Shown in pieces: positions 21,172-30,843 of a stretch of DNA of 64,000 nt (its first letter is position 1; the number at the start of each line of letters is the position of its first letter). Where the stretch lies: positions 2,208,001 through 2,272,000 of the forward strand of contig OY760175.1 in NCBI GenBank assembly GCA_963663165.1, read 5' to 3'. Both the position numbers and the translations under genes were made by a program. The notes beneath the pieces were generated by a model that made no database searches, was not told the DNA's origin, and worked only from the letters and a program-made list of their open reading frames with translations. This DNA is from an uncultured Desulfospira sp. (GTDB lineage: Bacteria; Desulfobacterota; Desulfobacteria; Desulfobacterales; Desulfobacteraceae).

Positions 21172-21801
21172 CTACTTTGTTTTCATTCCCTGAATCATAA
21201 TTTTAAATGCCGTTGTGAGGGTGGACTTCACAAAATCTTTCTGATCATTGAGCAGCCGTTTGGAATCCACCCATAACACAACCCCGGAATATGTTGCCCA
21301 TATCACATCAGCCAATGCCACGGGATGGCCTTCCATAAAGATTCCTGAGTTAATTCCTTCTTTGACAACACCAATAATCGCCCCATGGGCTTCATAAGAA
21401 TACTTTTTAAGCCTTTCCAGAAGTTCATCTGACAGGTGGTGAAGGGTTTCTCCGGATTGAAGGTGAAACAGGTTGATCAGAATCTGGGGATCATTTTCAT
21501 AAATATCAATGAAAATGTCACGGAAAGACTCAAGTTTTTCCTCTACAGAAATCTTTTTTTTCATCACCCGGTTAATCCGGGAGGACAAAAACTTGAGAAT
21601 ATTAATGGACAAGGAGGTATGAAGTTCTTCCTTATTCTTAAAATAAAGGTACAGGGTGCCGGGGCTCAGTTCGGCTTGAGTGGCAATTTCCTCCATGGTT
21701 GTGCTGTTAAACCCCTTTACAGAAAAAACACTGCGCGCTGCATTCAGAATCTCCTGGCGTCTTTGAGCTTTCTCCCTTTGTTTACGTTCATAAATTCCCA
21801 T
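21172..21801 (-). CDS. TetR/AcrR-family regulator
   Basis: TTMEEIA..AELSPGTLYLYFKNKEEL HTH. Confidence 0.93.
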   Translation of the reverse strand: MGIYERKQREKAQRRQEILNAARSVFSVKGFNSTTMEEIATQAELSPGTLYLYFKNKEELHTSLSINILKFLSSRINRVMKKKISVEEKLESFRDIFIDIYENDPQILINLFHLQSGETLHHLSDELLERLKKYSYEAHGAIIGVVKEGINSGIFMEGHPVALADVIWATYSGVVLWVDSKRLLNDQKDFVKSTLTTAFKIMIQGMKTK

Positions 21802-21815
21802 AGCAGCCTCTTTAT

Positions 21816-21836
21816 TTTGTGAACCTCATTCATAAA
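21816..21836. promoter_or_regulatory. Candidate TetR operator
   Basis: Imperfect palindrome TTTGTGAA-N5-TTCATAAA just upstream of the tetR start. Confidence 0.45.
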
Positions 21837-22008
21837 CTAATAAACAAGTTGAAAATACAGAATTACAGGAAAAACTGCAAGGCTAAAATAAGTACCAGTC
21901 CTGCTTTTGACGTTCCCCATTCTCTTTTTTACGCTTTTATATTCACACAATGACATTTTTAGTATAATGTTTCAATATTAAACAATACCCAAACGGAGAC
22001 ATAAATAT

Positions 22009-23919
22009 ATGCCGAAAACTACCTACTGGGCAGATTCTTATGTTAACAAACAGACCACCGCTCAGGAAGCCCTCAAGCATATCCGGCCCGGCCAGCGTGT
22101 ATTTATCGGGTCTTCATGCGGAGAGCCCCAGCACCTGGTCGACGAACTGTCCAAAGTATCCGACCGCTTCACGGACCTTGAAATCGTCAGGCTGTTCAGT
22201 GTTGAAAGCGGCCCCTTAACGGCCATTGCGAACCGGTCCCATTCCCAGCAGTTCAACATCCGCTCTTTTTATCTGGGATCAGCCTCTCCCAAACGGTTAA
22301 AACGAAACCAGCGGTTCATCACCCCGGCCAACCTGTCCCAGATCCCCCAGCTGTTTCACTCCAGGCTCATGCCGTTGAACGCCGCCCTGATACAGGTGTC
22401 CCCCCCCGATGACTTTGGCTGGATGAGCCTGGGCGTGTCCGTTGACATCAACATGGCCGCCTGCGAGTCTGCCGACCTGGTGATCTGCCAGGTGAACCCC
22501 AAAATGCCCCGGGTCCTGGGCAGAAGTTTTATCCATGTCAATGATGTCAATTTTGTTGTCGAATACGAAGAAGAGCTTCTTACCATTGAACCCCTCCCTG
22601 AAGCTGAAGAGGCCAACACCATCGGCAAATCCATTTCAAGGCTCATTGACGATGGGTCAACGGTCCAGACCAGCCTGAGCGTGACCCATGAAGCCACCAT
22701 GCTCTGCCTTTCGGAAAAAAATGATATCGGAATCCACTCCCAGTACCTGACCGACACCATGATGCACCTGCATTCCATGGGGGTGATCACCAACAAGAAA
22801 AAAGGATTCAACAACGGCAAGCTTGTGGCGGGCAGTGCCGTGGGAAGCCGCCTGCTTTACGAACTCATTGACGACAACCCCTCCATTGAGTTCCACCCGT
22901 CAGACTACATCAACAACCCGGCCGTCATTGCCCGGCATAGTTCCATGGTTTCGCTGAACACGGCCATGGCCATCGACCTGACCGGCCAGGTCGCGGCCGA
23001 CACCCTGCCCTTTAGCAATTACACCGGTATCAACGGTCTTTTGGACTTCATCAGGGGATCTGCCATGTCCCAAAACGGGAAATCCATCCTCATGCTGACC
23101 GCCACCACAGACCAGGGCACCCAAAGCCGGATCATCCCCCAGCTTTCCGATTTTGCCGTGGTCGTGCCCCGGGGCGACGTCCAGTTTGTGGCCACGGAAT
23201 TCGGCGTTGTCAACCTGTTTGGAAAATCCCTCCAGGAAAGGGCCATGGCCTTAATCTCCATTGCCCACCCCGATTTCAGGGATGAATTGTTCTCAAAAGC
23301 CAAGGAGCTCAACCTGATTGACGTGGACCGCAAGTTCAAACAGGCCATTAAAGGTGTCTATCCCTTAAAATACGAGGAAACCATTGTCATCAAGGGGATT
23401 CCCATCACCTTCAGGCCGGCCAAACCCGTGGACGAGCGGGGGGTACAGGAGCATTACTATACCATGAACCGGGGGGATATCATCTCCCGTTTCTTTCATG
23501 AAAAGAAAAGCTTTGTCCATGACCAGATCGAAACCACCTATGAAATCGACTACATCAACGATTTGACCATTGTGGCCACCATTGGTGAACTCGGGTTTGA
23601 AAAAATTATTGCCGTGGGCGAATATTTCCGGAACACCATTATTAATATGGCGGAAGTCGCCTTTTCCGTTTCCAAAGAATACCAGGGATTCGGCATTGCC
23701 CATATCCTGCAAAAGAAACTGACCCAGGCCGCCCTGGACAACGGCATCAAAGGGCTCATCGCCTACACCTCCCCCCAGAACAAAGGCATGATCCGGTTAT
23801 TCCACAAGCTGCCCTACGTCATCAAACAGGAAAAAGATGAAGACATGCTCATCCTCAACTGCGTGTTCAGCGAACCCCGGGACCCGTCCCAAGAAAAAGA
23901 AAAGCCAAAAGGATCTTAA
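22009..23919 (+). CDS. Acetyl-CoA hydrolase/CoA-transferase fused to C-terminal GNAT domain
   Basis: VSPPDDFG.MSLGVS, IDLTGQV, DFIRG, TEFG..NL.GKS..ERA..LI.IAHP.FR; GNAT AEVAF.V...YQG.GI. Confidence 0.9.
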   Translation: MPKTTYWADSYVNKQTTAQEALKHIRPGQRVFIGSSCGEPQHLVDELSKVSDRFTDLEIVRLFSVESGPLTAIANRSHSQQFNIRSFYLGSASPKRLKRNQRFITPANLSQIPQLFHSRLMPLNAALIQVSPPDDFGWMSLGVSVDINMAACESADLVICQVNPKMPRVLGRSFIHVNDVNFVVEYEEELLTIEPLPEAEEANTIGKSISRLIDDGSTVQTSLSVTHEATMLCLSEKNDIGIHSQYLTDTMMHLHSMGVITNKKKGFNNGKLVAGSAVGSRLLYELIDDNPSIEFHPSDYINNPAVIARHSSMVSLNTAMAIDLTGQVAADTLPFSNYTGINGLLDFIRGSAMSQNGKSILMLTATTDQGTQSRIIPQLSDFAVVVPRGDVQFVATEFGVVNLFGKSLQERAMALISIAHPDFRDELFSKAKELNLIDVDRKFKQAIKGVYPLKYEETIVIKGIPITFRPAKPVDERGVQEHYYTMNRGDIISRFFHEKKSFVHDQIETTYEIDYINDLTIVATIGELGFEKIIAVGEYFRNTIINMAEVAFSVSKEYQGFGIAHILQKKLTQAALDNGIKGLIAYTSPQNKGMIRLFHKLPYVIKQEKDEDMLILNCVFSEPRDPSQEKEKPKGS

Positions 23920-23962
23920 GCCGGACGATGATGAGGGGCTTAGTCCCTTAGTCCCTCATCCT

Positions 23963-25360
23963 TCATCCCTCATCCTTCTCCCTAAGCAGTGCCACAGACT
24001 CAATATGAGGGGTATGGGGAAACATATCAACGGGCTGGACCTCAACCACCTCATAGGCCGGGGACAGCAGTTCCAGATCCCGGGCCAGGGTGGCCGGGTT
24101 ACAGGATACATAGACGATTTTTTCAGGATGAACCGCCAGCACCTGTGCCGTCACGTCCTTGTGCATGCCGATCCTGGGGGGATCAATAATCATGACATCA
24201 GGCCGCTGCTTTAAACCTGGCAGAATATCCCGGACATCCCCTTCAAGAAACTCGCAGTTTTCAATCCCGTTCAAGGCCGCATTTTTTTTGGCATCGGCCA
24301 CGGCGCTTTGAACGATTTCAATGCCCACCACCAGCCTTGCTTTGGCAGACAGATAGATGGGAATGGTCCCGGTGCCTGAATACAGGTCGATGACCTGCTC
24401 TGACCCGGTCAGGCCGGCATAGTCCGCCACTTTGCCGTAAAGGGTCTCACAGGCCCGGGTGTTGGTCTGAAAAAAGGAATTGGCTGAAATCCTGAATTCA
24501 TACCCGTTTAATTTTTCCCGGATATGGTCTTCGCCATAAAGGACGATTTCTTCCTTTCCCACGGATACCCCGGATTTTGAATCGGTGATATTGTTGACCA
24601 CACTGGCAATATCAGGAAAGGCCATAGAGAGGGCTGTGGCCAGTTCCCGGACAATGGGCAGATGCTTGTCCCGGGTCACCACATTGACCATCCACTGGTC
24701 AAAGGCAACCGAATGGCGAAGCATGACAAACCGCCAGAACCCTTCGTGGGACCGCAGATGGTAGGCCGGAAGCCCCGAGTCTCTGATAAACGCCCTCACA
24801 AACCCCAGGATCTCATTGCCCTTTTCCGGCATGATGGCGCACTGGTCAATATCAATGACCCGGTCAAAGGTCCCGGGCACATGAAGGCCGATGCCCAGGT
24901 CTTTTGCAACGGTGTCATCCTCTAATTCATGGGGCATGAGCCACCGGCTCTGGGTGCAGGAAAACTCCATCTTGTTCCGGTATCCAAATATGGGATCCGA
25001 TCCCAGCACCGCCAGCACCGTTACATCTTTAAGGCCGCCAATATGGGCCAGGGACTCCTTGACATGCCTTTTTTTATATTCAAGCTGCCGGTCATAGGAA
25101 AGGGTCTGCCACTTGCACCCCCCGCAAAACTGGTGATAAGCGCACTTCCCCTCCTGACGCATGAAGGAAGGTTCTAAAATATTGATCAATCTGGCCTCTG
25201 CCCAGGACTTCTTTTTTTTAATCACCTTTGCAAACACCCGGTCCCCGGGCAGGGTCCGGTCAACAAATACGGGAAACCCGTCGGGTTTGGCAATGCCTTT
25301 GCCCCCAAAGGCAAGGTCGCTTATATCCAGTTCATAGGTTTTTCTTTTTTTTATTGCCAT
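23963..25360 (-). CDS. rlmD: 23S rRNA m5U1939 methyltransferase RlmD
   Basis: TRAM domain, CGGC cluster, SFFQTN, DPPR, YVSCNP.TLARD, DMFPHT.H.E. Confidence 0.93.
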   Translation of the reverse strand: MAIKKRKTYELDISDLAFGGKGIAKPDGFPVFVDRTLPGDRVFAKVIKKKKSWAEARLINILEPSFMRQEGKCAYHQFCGGCKWQTLSYDRQLEYKKRHVKESLAHIGGLKDVTVLAVLGSDPIFGYRNKMEFSCTQSRWLMPHELEDDTVAKDLGIGLHVPGTFDRVIDIDQCAIMPEKGNEILGFVRAFIRDSGLPAYHLRSHEGFWRFVMLRHSVAFDQWMVNVVTRDKHLPIVRELATALSMAFPDIASVVNNITDSKSGVSVGKEEIVLYGEDHIREKLNGYEFRISANSFFQTNTRACETLYGKVADYAGLTGSEQVIDLYSGTGTIPIYLSAKARLVVGIEIVQSAVADAKKNAALNGIENCEFLEGDVRDILPGLKQRPDVMIIDPPRIGMHKDVTAQVLAVHPEKIVYVSCNPATLARDLELLSPAYEVVEVQPVDMFPHTPHIESVALLREKDEG

Positions 25361-25419
25361 TCTTTTGGTATCTTTTATAATTATCAGCAGTTTTGGTTGA
25401 TTATTCCAAATTCAACCCA

Positions 25420-26226
25420 ATGAATCAACACAAAGAACTGGATATCATATTGAACCTGCCCCATAAAAACAAGCATGAAATATCAACACGGGACGTTGAG
25501 TTTGTCTGCGACGGCCTTTGCCTTAAGGGATGCCTTCATCTTCCCGGCACGCCGAACCCGCCGCTGGTAATGGGTTCCCACGGCCTTGAAGGCAGTATGG
25601 ATTCATCCAAACAGCTGGTGCTTTCAAAACTTCTTCCCCAAAACGGGATTGCTTTTTTCCGGTTTGACCACCGGGGATGCGGCCGCAGCCAGGGCAATTT
25701 TATAGATGACACCTCCCTTGAAAAAAGAACCCGGGATTTTACGGCGGCAGTGGATCATATTTTAAACTTAAAGCTCACCTCAGACAACTTAGGCCTTTTC
25801 GGTTCCAGCATGGGCGGGGCCACCGGCATCAATGCCTGGGAACATATTCAAACCAGGGGATTAAATCTTTGCGGCGGTGTTTTCTGCTCAGCCCCTATAA
25901 AAAGCCGGACCATTGAAAACATCCCGGTTGAGGCCAACCAGAACCGGCCGGCCCTGCCCCTGAGTTTTTTTAAGGAAAACCTGCTGTTTGACCTTACCCC
26001 GAAAATCCATAATCTTAATCATGTTCTGATTTTCCACGGGGATGCCGACGAGGTGGTCCCGGTGTCCAATGCCCAACTCCTCCACGACCAGGCCCAATCC
26101 CCCAAAAAACTGATCATCCACAAAAACGGGGACCATCAGATGACCAATAAAACCGACCAGCAGGAATTTGAAAAAGAAACCCTGGCCTGGTTTTTATCCA
26201 TTTTCAGCCCTGTGCCCCAAACTTAA
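25420..26226 (+). CDS. Alpha/beta hydrolase
   Basis: HG, RFD.RGCG.S, GSSMGG nucleophile, HGDADEVV, GDH; start uncertain (25393/25420/25450). Confidence 0.88.
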   Translation: MNQHKELDIILNLPHKNKHEISTRDVEFVCDGLCLKGCLHLPGTPNPPLVMGSHGLEGSMDSSKQLVLSKLLPQNGIAFFRFDHRGCGRSQGNFIDDTSLEKRTRDFTAAVDHILNLKLTSDNLGLFGSSMGGATGINAWEHIQTRGLNLCGGVFCSAPIKSRTIENIPVEANQNRPALPLSFFKENLLFDLTPKIHNLNHVLIFHGDADEVVPVSNAQLLHDQAQSPKKLIIHKNGDHQMTNKTDQQEFEKETLAWFLSIFSPVPQT

Positions 26227-26462
26227 AGCTTCCTGACAATCCGCCCAGCCACAGGGATTCAACCCTTCTATCCAATCAAAAAGAGTCCTGATGTTTTGAA
26301 ATCGGATATCAATTGTAAATCCGTTATTAGGAGGGCCGGTAAAATTATCCATCCAGCATCTTGATTTTATCGAATATAGACGATAACTTGACAGGAATGT
26401 CCCGGTTCATGCCTGTAGCAAGACGCCATGAAGCGGTTTGGCGGTCTTTTAAAAAAAAATTG

Positions 26463-26614
26463 GTAACTGTTCAGCAGTGCCCCATCTTCGCTCATTCAGG
26501 CCTTCTCACATAGCAACAGTATGCTACGAAGGCCTGACTAAACAAATATGAAGCGCTGATGAACAGTTACGGACCCTTGTTTTGCTTAGTTTTCAGCATT
26601 AGCTGAATAGTTAC
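26463..26614. mobile_element. MITE-like repeat family A, copy 2
   Basis: Near-identical to 3061-3213; flanked by an 8-bp direct repeat AAAAATTG; a further end GTAACTATTCA follows at 26622. Confidence 0.85.
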
Positions 26615-26662
26615 AAAAATTGTAACTATTCATTCTGGCTATTGGATCAAGAGAATACTGAC

Positions 26663-28690
26663 ATGGAAAAAACCATATCATTGCTTCCATTCCTGGAATC
26701 GGAAGCCCCGAGAATTTCACTTGGCTTTTTGGCAGATAAAGAGGAAACGGGCTTTGAACATTCGTTTCCGTTTCTTATGCCGGGCAAGGATAAGCCCTTC
26801 ACACGCCTGGTCAAGGCAGACCTGAAATTTAACGGTTCCGCCACAAGCCACTCATTTTTTGTGCTTGTCCAAAAGGACACTTACCCTTCGGACAGCGCTA
26901 ATTTGAATCCGGCCACCAATGCATCATTAGACAATACGTGGCGTGATACCATCCAATTTTATGCCAAAAGCCAGGGAATATTTCCTGTTGTTGATCGGCA
27001 AACCCTTGAACCGGCCCAGCTGAGCCCTTTATTTTACTGTAAAAAGCGATCGCAGTTTTTCCATCCGCCATGCCCTGCCTGCGGACAGCCGTTAAGCCTT
27101 TGCAAAGACGAAAAAATTTTAGAAGACGCATCCCTGCCGTCCTACCAGGCATCCCTCAATCGTTATCTGTTTTGCAGGACCTGCCATCAATCCGGGCGGG
27201 AAAAGGTTTTTTATGCCTATGGCCGGGATTCCCTTGACCCTTTCTTTGTCCATGACCGGTTTGATCTGATCCGGCATTTTGGCCAGATGGACCCATCACA
27301 GGCCCGGGACCTGCCATGTGCCGGATGCCCGGAACATGGGGCCTGTTACACAGACGGCCATAAAGCCGATGTCCGGCTTGTCCCGTTCTCCTTTTATCCG
27401 TTTTACATGCTGGTGTTCAAGGCATCCCAAATCAATGGGATTGATTTTCTGTCCATGCTTTCAGGAGCCCCGGTGCCCCCCCTGGTGCCGGAAACCGGTT
27501 CCAAAGCCCGGGAAACAGAGCCGGCCCGCTATCTGTTTAAAGATGATCCTTGTTTCTGGCTCGAACTTCTGGTTTTAAAATACGCGTTTCTTGAAAAAAT
27601 CCTGTCCACATTGAAGCGCCGAAAGATTGAAGGCATGTCCTCCAATGTTTACCTGAATGTGGACAGCATCTGGGTCTCCCCCCGGTCCGAAGCCGGCATG
27701 ATGCCTTTTTTCTGGGATTATGAGCTTGAGATTCTGGACCTGGTCACAGGGAATCCCGCTGATATGTTTCAGGCCTCCCTGGTGGGACATCAGCACATCA
27801 ATTTCATCGCACAGCTGTGGCTGTATACCTTTCTGGTCAACTCAACACAGTCAGCGGACAGCGTGTTTCAAGCGGCCGGTGAATTGATGCAGGCCCCGGG
27901 CCTTAAAGGATCCCCGCCGGATCTTGAAGCCCTATTAAAATCATATCCTGTGTTCAGGCCGGAAAATATATTCTGGGCACCTGAACCGGTTCCCATGGCC
28001 GAAACCTGGTCTGATTTCTGGTTTCAAAGCCTTGATTTTATGCGTTCTGTGCTGACCCAAACAGACACATCGGATTTTGGGCCGTTTTTAGACCAGTGCC
28101 TGGCCCATGCCCGGGACATGCTGCAAAAGACCAAATCCGACCTGTTCTCCAAAGGGGGCAGGACGGATTTACGTGATGCCGAACCGGTGGAACCGGTTGT
28201 TCCGGCACAGCGCCTTCCGGAAAATCCCCCTGAAAATCAAGCCGCATCAGACAAGAGCCGGCAGGCCGTTGCCGGTATATTAAAAGACCTTCGATCCAGA
28301 TGGGCCGAAGAATCGGCGGTTCAGGAACCATTAGAAGAGGATGTGGTGGAAACCATTGTTCTATCCTCCTCCGAGGACATTAAACCCGCCGCAGATTTTC
28401 ATGAAGCCCCCTCACAGGAAGTTTCCCCGTTGACGGAAGATCCGGTCCCTGAGGTAAGAGATCCGGAACCGGCAAGCGATTTTGAACAAATGGAAGACAC
28501 GGCGGCCTTTCACCATCCGGATCACGGCACTGCCCCGACCGGCGATTTTGAAGATATGCAGGAAACCGTGATTTTAGACGTTTCCCAGACCAGGCCTGAA
28601 CAGGCCAAGCCTGAACCGGAAAGCGATTTTGAAGATCTTGATGAAACCGTCATTATATCGCCTGATGCCTTAAAACCACCCCAAAAATAA
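26663..28690 (+). CDS. Cys-rich hypothetical protein, possible pseudokinase, with acidic repeat tail
   Basis: CPAC, CRTC, CAGC and further Cys/His; C-terminal repeats DFE(D/Q)xxxT; start ATG 26663 or TTG 26642. Confidence 0.8.
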   Translation: MEKTISLLPFLESEAPRISLGFLADKEETGFEHSFPFLMPGKDKPFTRLVKADLKFNGSATSHSFFVLVQKDTYPSDSANLNPATNASLDNTWRDTIQFYAKSQGIFPVVDRQTLEPAQLSPLFYCKKRSQFFHPPCPACGQPLSLCKDEKILEDASLPSYQASLNRYLFCRTCHQSGREKVFYAYGRDSLDPFFVHDRFDLIRHFGQMDPSQARDLPCAGCPEHGACYTDGHKADVRLVPFSFYPFYMLVFKASQINGIDFLSMLSGAPVPPLVPETGSKARETEPARYLFKDDPCFWLELLVLKYAFLEKILSTLKRRKIEGMSSNVYLNVDSIWVSPRSEAGMMPFFWDYELEILDLVTGNPADMFQASLVGHQHINFIAQLWLYTFLVNSTQSADSVFQAAGELMQAPGLKGSPPDLEALLKSYPVFRPENIFWAPEPVPMAETWSDFWFQSLDFMRSVLTQTDTSDFGPFLDQCLAHARDMLQKTKSDLFSKGGRTDLRDAEPVEPVVPAQRLPENPPENQAASDKSRQAVAGILKDLRSRWAEESAVQEPLEEDVVETIVLSSSEDIKPAADFHEAPSQEVSPLTEDPVPEVRDPEPASDFEQMEDTAAFHHPDHGTAPTGDFEDMQETVILDVSQTRPEQAKPEPESDFEDLDETVIISPDALKPPQK

Positions 28691-28708
28691 AGGGCCCCAT
28701 CTGTTATC

Positions 28709-29425
28709 ATGACCAGGTCAAATCCGTTATACCAGGACTTAAAAACCGAGCTTATCCATATTTACCAGACCAACGCCAATAGTGCCGGCGCAATTGAGGA
28801 CCGCATCAATTCTCTCCTGTCCGATACAGATCATGCCAGCCGGTTAAGCTTTCTGGATCAGTTGATTAATGAATTTGAGACAGAAGACTTTCCTGATGTA
28901 CAGGAAACAACCTGCCCACAGGGCCTTTTGATTCAGATGATTCAGCTGATGCTCGGACAATCCGTTACCGGGGCGGACATCAACGAAGGTCTTTTAGAAA
29001 ACCTGGGTAAATCCCTGGACACGGTTTTTGAAAGCTTAAGCCGCTTGACCGCCACCATGGGAACGGCCCTTTTGGAAGAACAGGATTCAGATCAGACCAT
29101 CCGCCCCAACAGCCCCAGGGAAAGCTTGCCCCTTGAACATTATATTTCCCGGATTGCCCAAGCCTTTGGTGAATCTGAAAAGGCCGCCAAAATGACCGCT
29201 CATGCCAAAATAAAAGAGATTCTTTACGAATTGTCCCCTGTAAGAATCCGGGAAAATAGTGATGTTTCCAAGCTGAGCCCTGTGAAAAAGTCAAAATATT
29301 TTGAAGCGTATGAACTCAAATATGAAGCGATATTAAAGTGGTTTGAGTCCGGCGGGTTTATGGAATCCTTTTTAAACGAATTTGAAGAAAAATGCAGTCG
29401 CTCCGGAAACCATACAGGGACATGA
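28709..29425 (+). CDS. Hypothetical protein resembling the C-terminal domain of T6SS TagH/Fha, no FHA domain
   Basis: IL.ELSP..I...KKSKYFEAYE..Y......F...F..EFE pattern, recalled from TagH C-termini; unverified. Confidence 0.6.
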   Translation: MTRSNPLYQDLKTELIHIYQTNANSAGAIEDRINSLLSDTDHASRLSFLDQLINEFETEDFPDVQETTCPQGLLIQMIQLMLGQSVTGADINEGLLENLGKSLDTVFESLSRLTATMGTALLEEQDSDQTIRPNSPRESLPLEHYISRIAQAFGESEKAAKMTAHAKIKEILYELSPVRIRENSDVSKLSPVKKSKYFEAYELKYEAILKWFESGGFMESFLNEFEEKCSRSGNHTGT

Positions 29426-29480
29426 AAAAGCCCTTCATGCCCCTGTAAATTTTTGTCCGCCCCGAAGATGGTTGGACGTT

Positions 29481-30836
29481 TTATTGGGGACGGCTGTTCT
29501 GCCGAATGCTTTCGAGCCGCTCATAAAGGCTCTGGGCTTTGTTCAGATTGGATTGGACATCCTTATAATCCGGATCAATTTTTTCGACAAGTTCCCACTC
29601 GGTGATGGCCTGTTTGAGCTGCTCTTTTCCAAAATAATGGATCCCAAGGTTGTAGTGTTTCTCTTTATAGGTATCCTCACATTTCTGGATATAGATATTA
29701 CATTTGCTGCATGACGCATTGTATTCAAATGCTGAAGTAAAGCTTTGTTTTGCCTCAAGGTACTGTTCCGTCTTAAACTGGGACAGTCCCTGCTGAAAGT
29801 GCGACTCAAACAGGCTGCCGGTAATCGTCTCATCTCCTGCATTGGATGCCAGGGCCGTTTCAAAAAGCGGGATGGCTTTGGCGTATTCCTTTTGTTCAAA
29901 AAACGCCATGGCCTGGTCATAGGTGGTATCCTGTTGTGGTGTTTCCACTGCCGGAGGCGTGGGTTCTGGGGTCTCGGGAGCCGCCGTCCCGCCGGCAGAT
30001 GCCGCCTGATCCTCAACCAGGGTCTCGGCCTGATCCGCTAAACCGCCCGCTTCCCGGGCCGGCTCAGTTTCCCGGGCCGGAACTTCAGGAATATTTTCAG
30101 CTGCCTGGGCTGCATCGGATGGCAAAACCCCGGGCATTTTCGGTTCTGTTTCTTCCGGGGCGGTCTGTTCCTGGGCCGAAGCGCCTCCCTCGGCCTGCAA
30201 TTCTTTCGTATAAGTCTCGAACCGGTCCTGAAGATCTGTGATGGTCAGCCCGTTAATGGCCGGGATTTTAAGCTTGTCCCCGGCCCGGATCTTGGTGACA
30301 TCTTCCAGGCTGTTGAATTTACCGATGACCGGATAAAGATTTAAATCCCCATAGTAAAGCTTGCTCACCCTGGAAACGCTCTGGCCTTCTAAAATGGTAT
30401 GAACAATATACTGGTCGGAATCAAGCGAAACTCCGCCGGGGCTCAGCTTCTCTTTGGCCTCTGCAAGATCCGGCCAGTTTTGAAGGGCGCTTAAATACTC
30501 TTTTCTTGCCGAATCATATTTGCCCTGCTCATCAAAGGCCAGCCCCTTTTGATAATGGGCCTGGGCAATGCTGTAAAGTTTTTCCTCAACCTGTTTTTTG
30601 TGACTGGCCGCAGATGGATTATCCGGTGCTGCCGTTAAGGCTAAGGTGTACTGTTCCAGGGCGCTGGTCAGATTACCCTGACTTTCAAGGGCTTCCCCTT
30701 TTTGAATGTATACTTCCTCCGGGGAGGGCTGTTGGACTACGGTTTCAGGGGTCGGCTGCTGTTGTGTTGACTCAACGCAGCCTGCCATCAGACACACGGA
30801 CATTAACAGTGAAAAAACAATTCGGTAATGTTTCAT
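29481..30836 (-). CDS. TPR-LysM-TPR lipoprotein
   Basis: Lipobox MAGC, TPR helices, LysM (HTILEGQSVSRVSKLYYG...N.....I..G..L.IP), acidic Pro/Ala linker. Confidence 0.85.
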   Translation of the reverse strand: MKHYRIVFSLLMSVCLMAGCVESTQQQPTPETVVQQPSPEEVYIQKGEALESQGNLTSALEQYTLALTAAPDNPSAASHKKQVEEKLYSIAQAHYQKGLAFDEQGKYDSARKEYLSALQNWPDLAEAKEKLSPGGVSLDSDQYIVHTILEGQSVSRVSKLYYGDLNLYPVIGKFNSLEDVTKIRAGDKLKIPAINGLTITDLQDRFETYTKELQAEGGASAQEQTAPEETEPKMPGVLPSDAAQAAENIPEVPARETEPAREAGGLADQAETLVEDQAASAGGTAAPETPEPTPPAVETPQQDTTYDQAMAFFEQKEYAKAIPLFETALASNAGDETITGSLFESHFQQGLSQFKTEQYLEAKQSFTSAFEYNASCSKCNIYIQKCEDTYKEKHYNLGIHYFGKEQLKQAITEWELVEKIDPDYKDVQSNLNKAQSLYERLESIRQNSRPQ

Positions 30837-30843
30837 AATCCCA

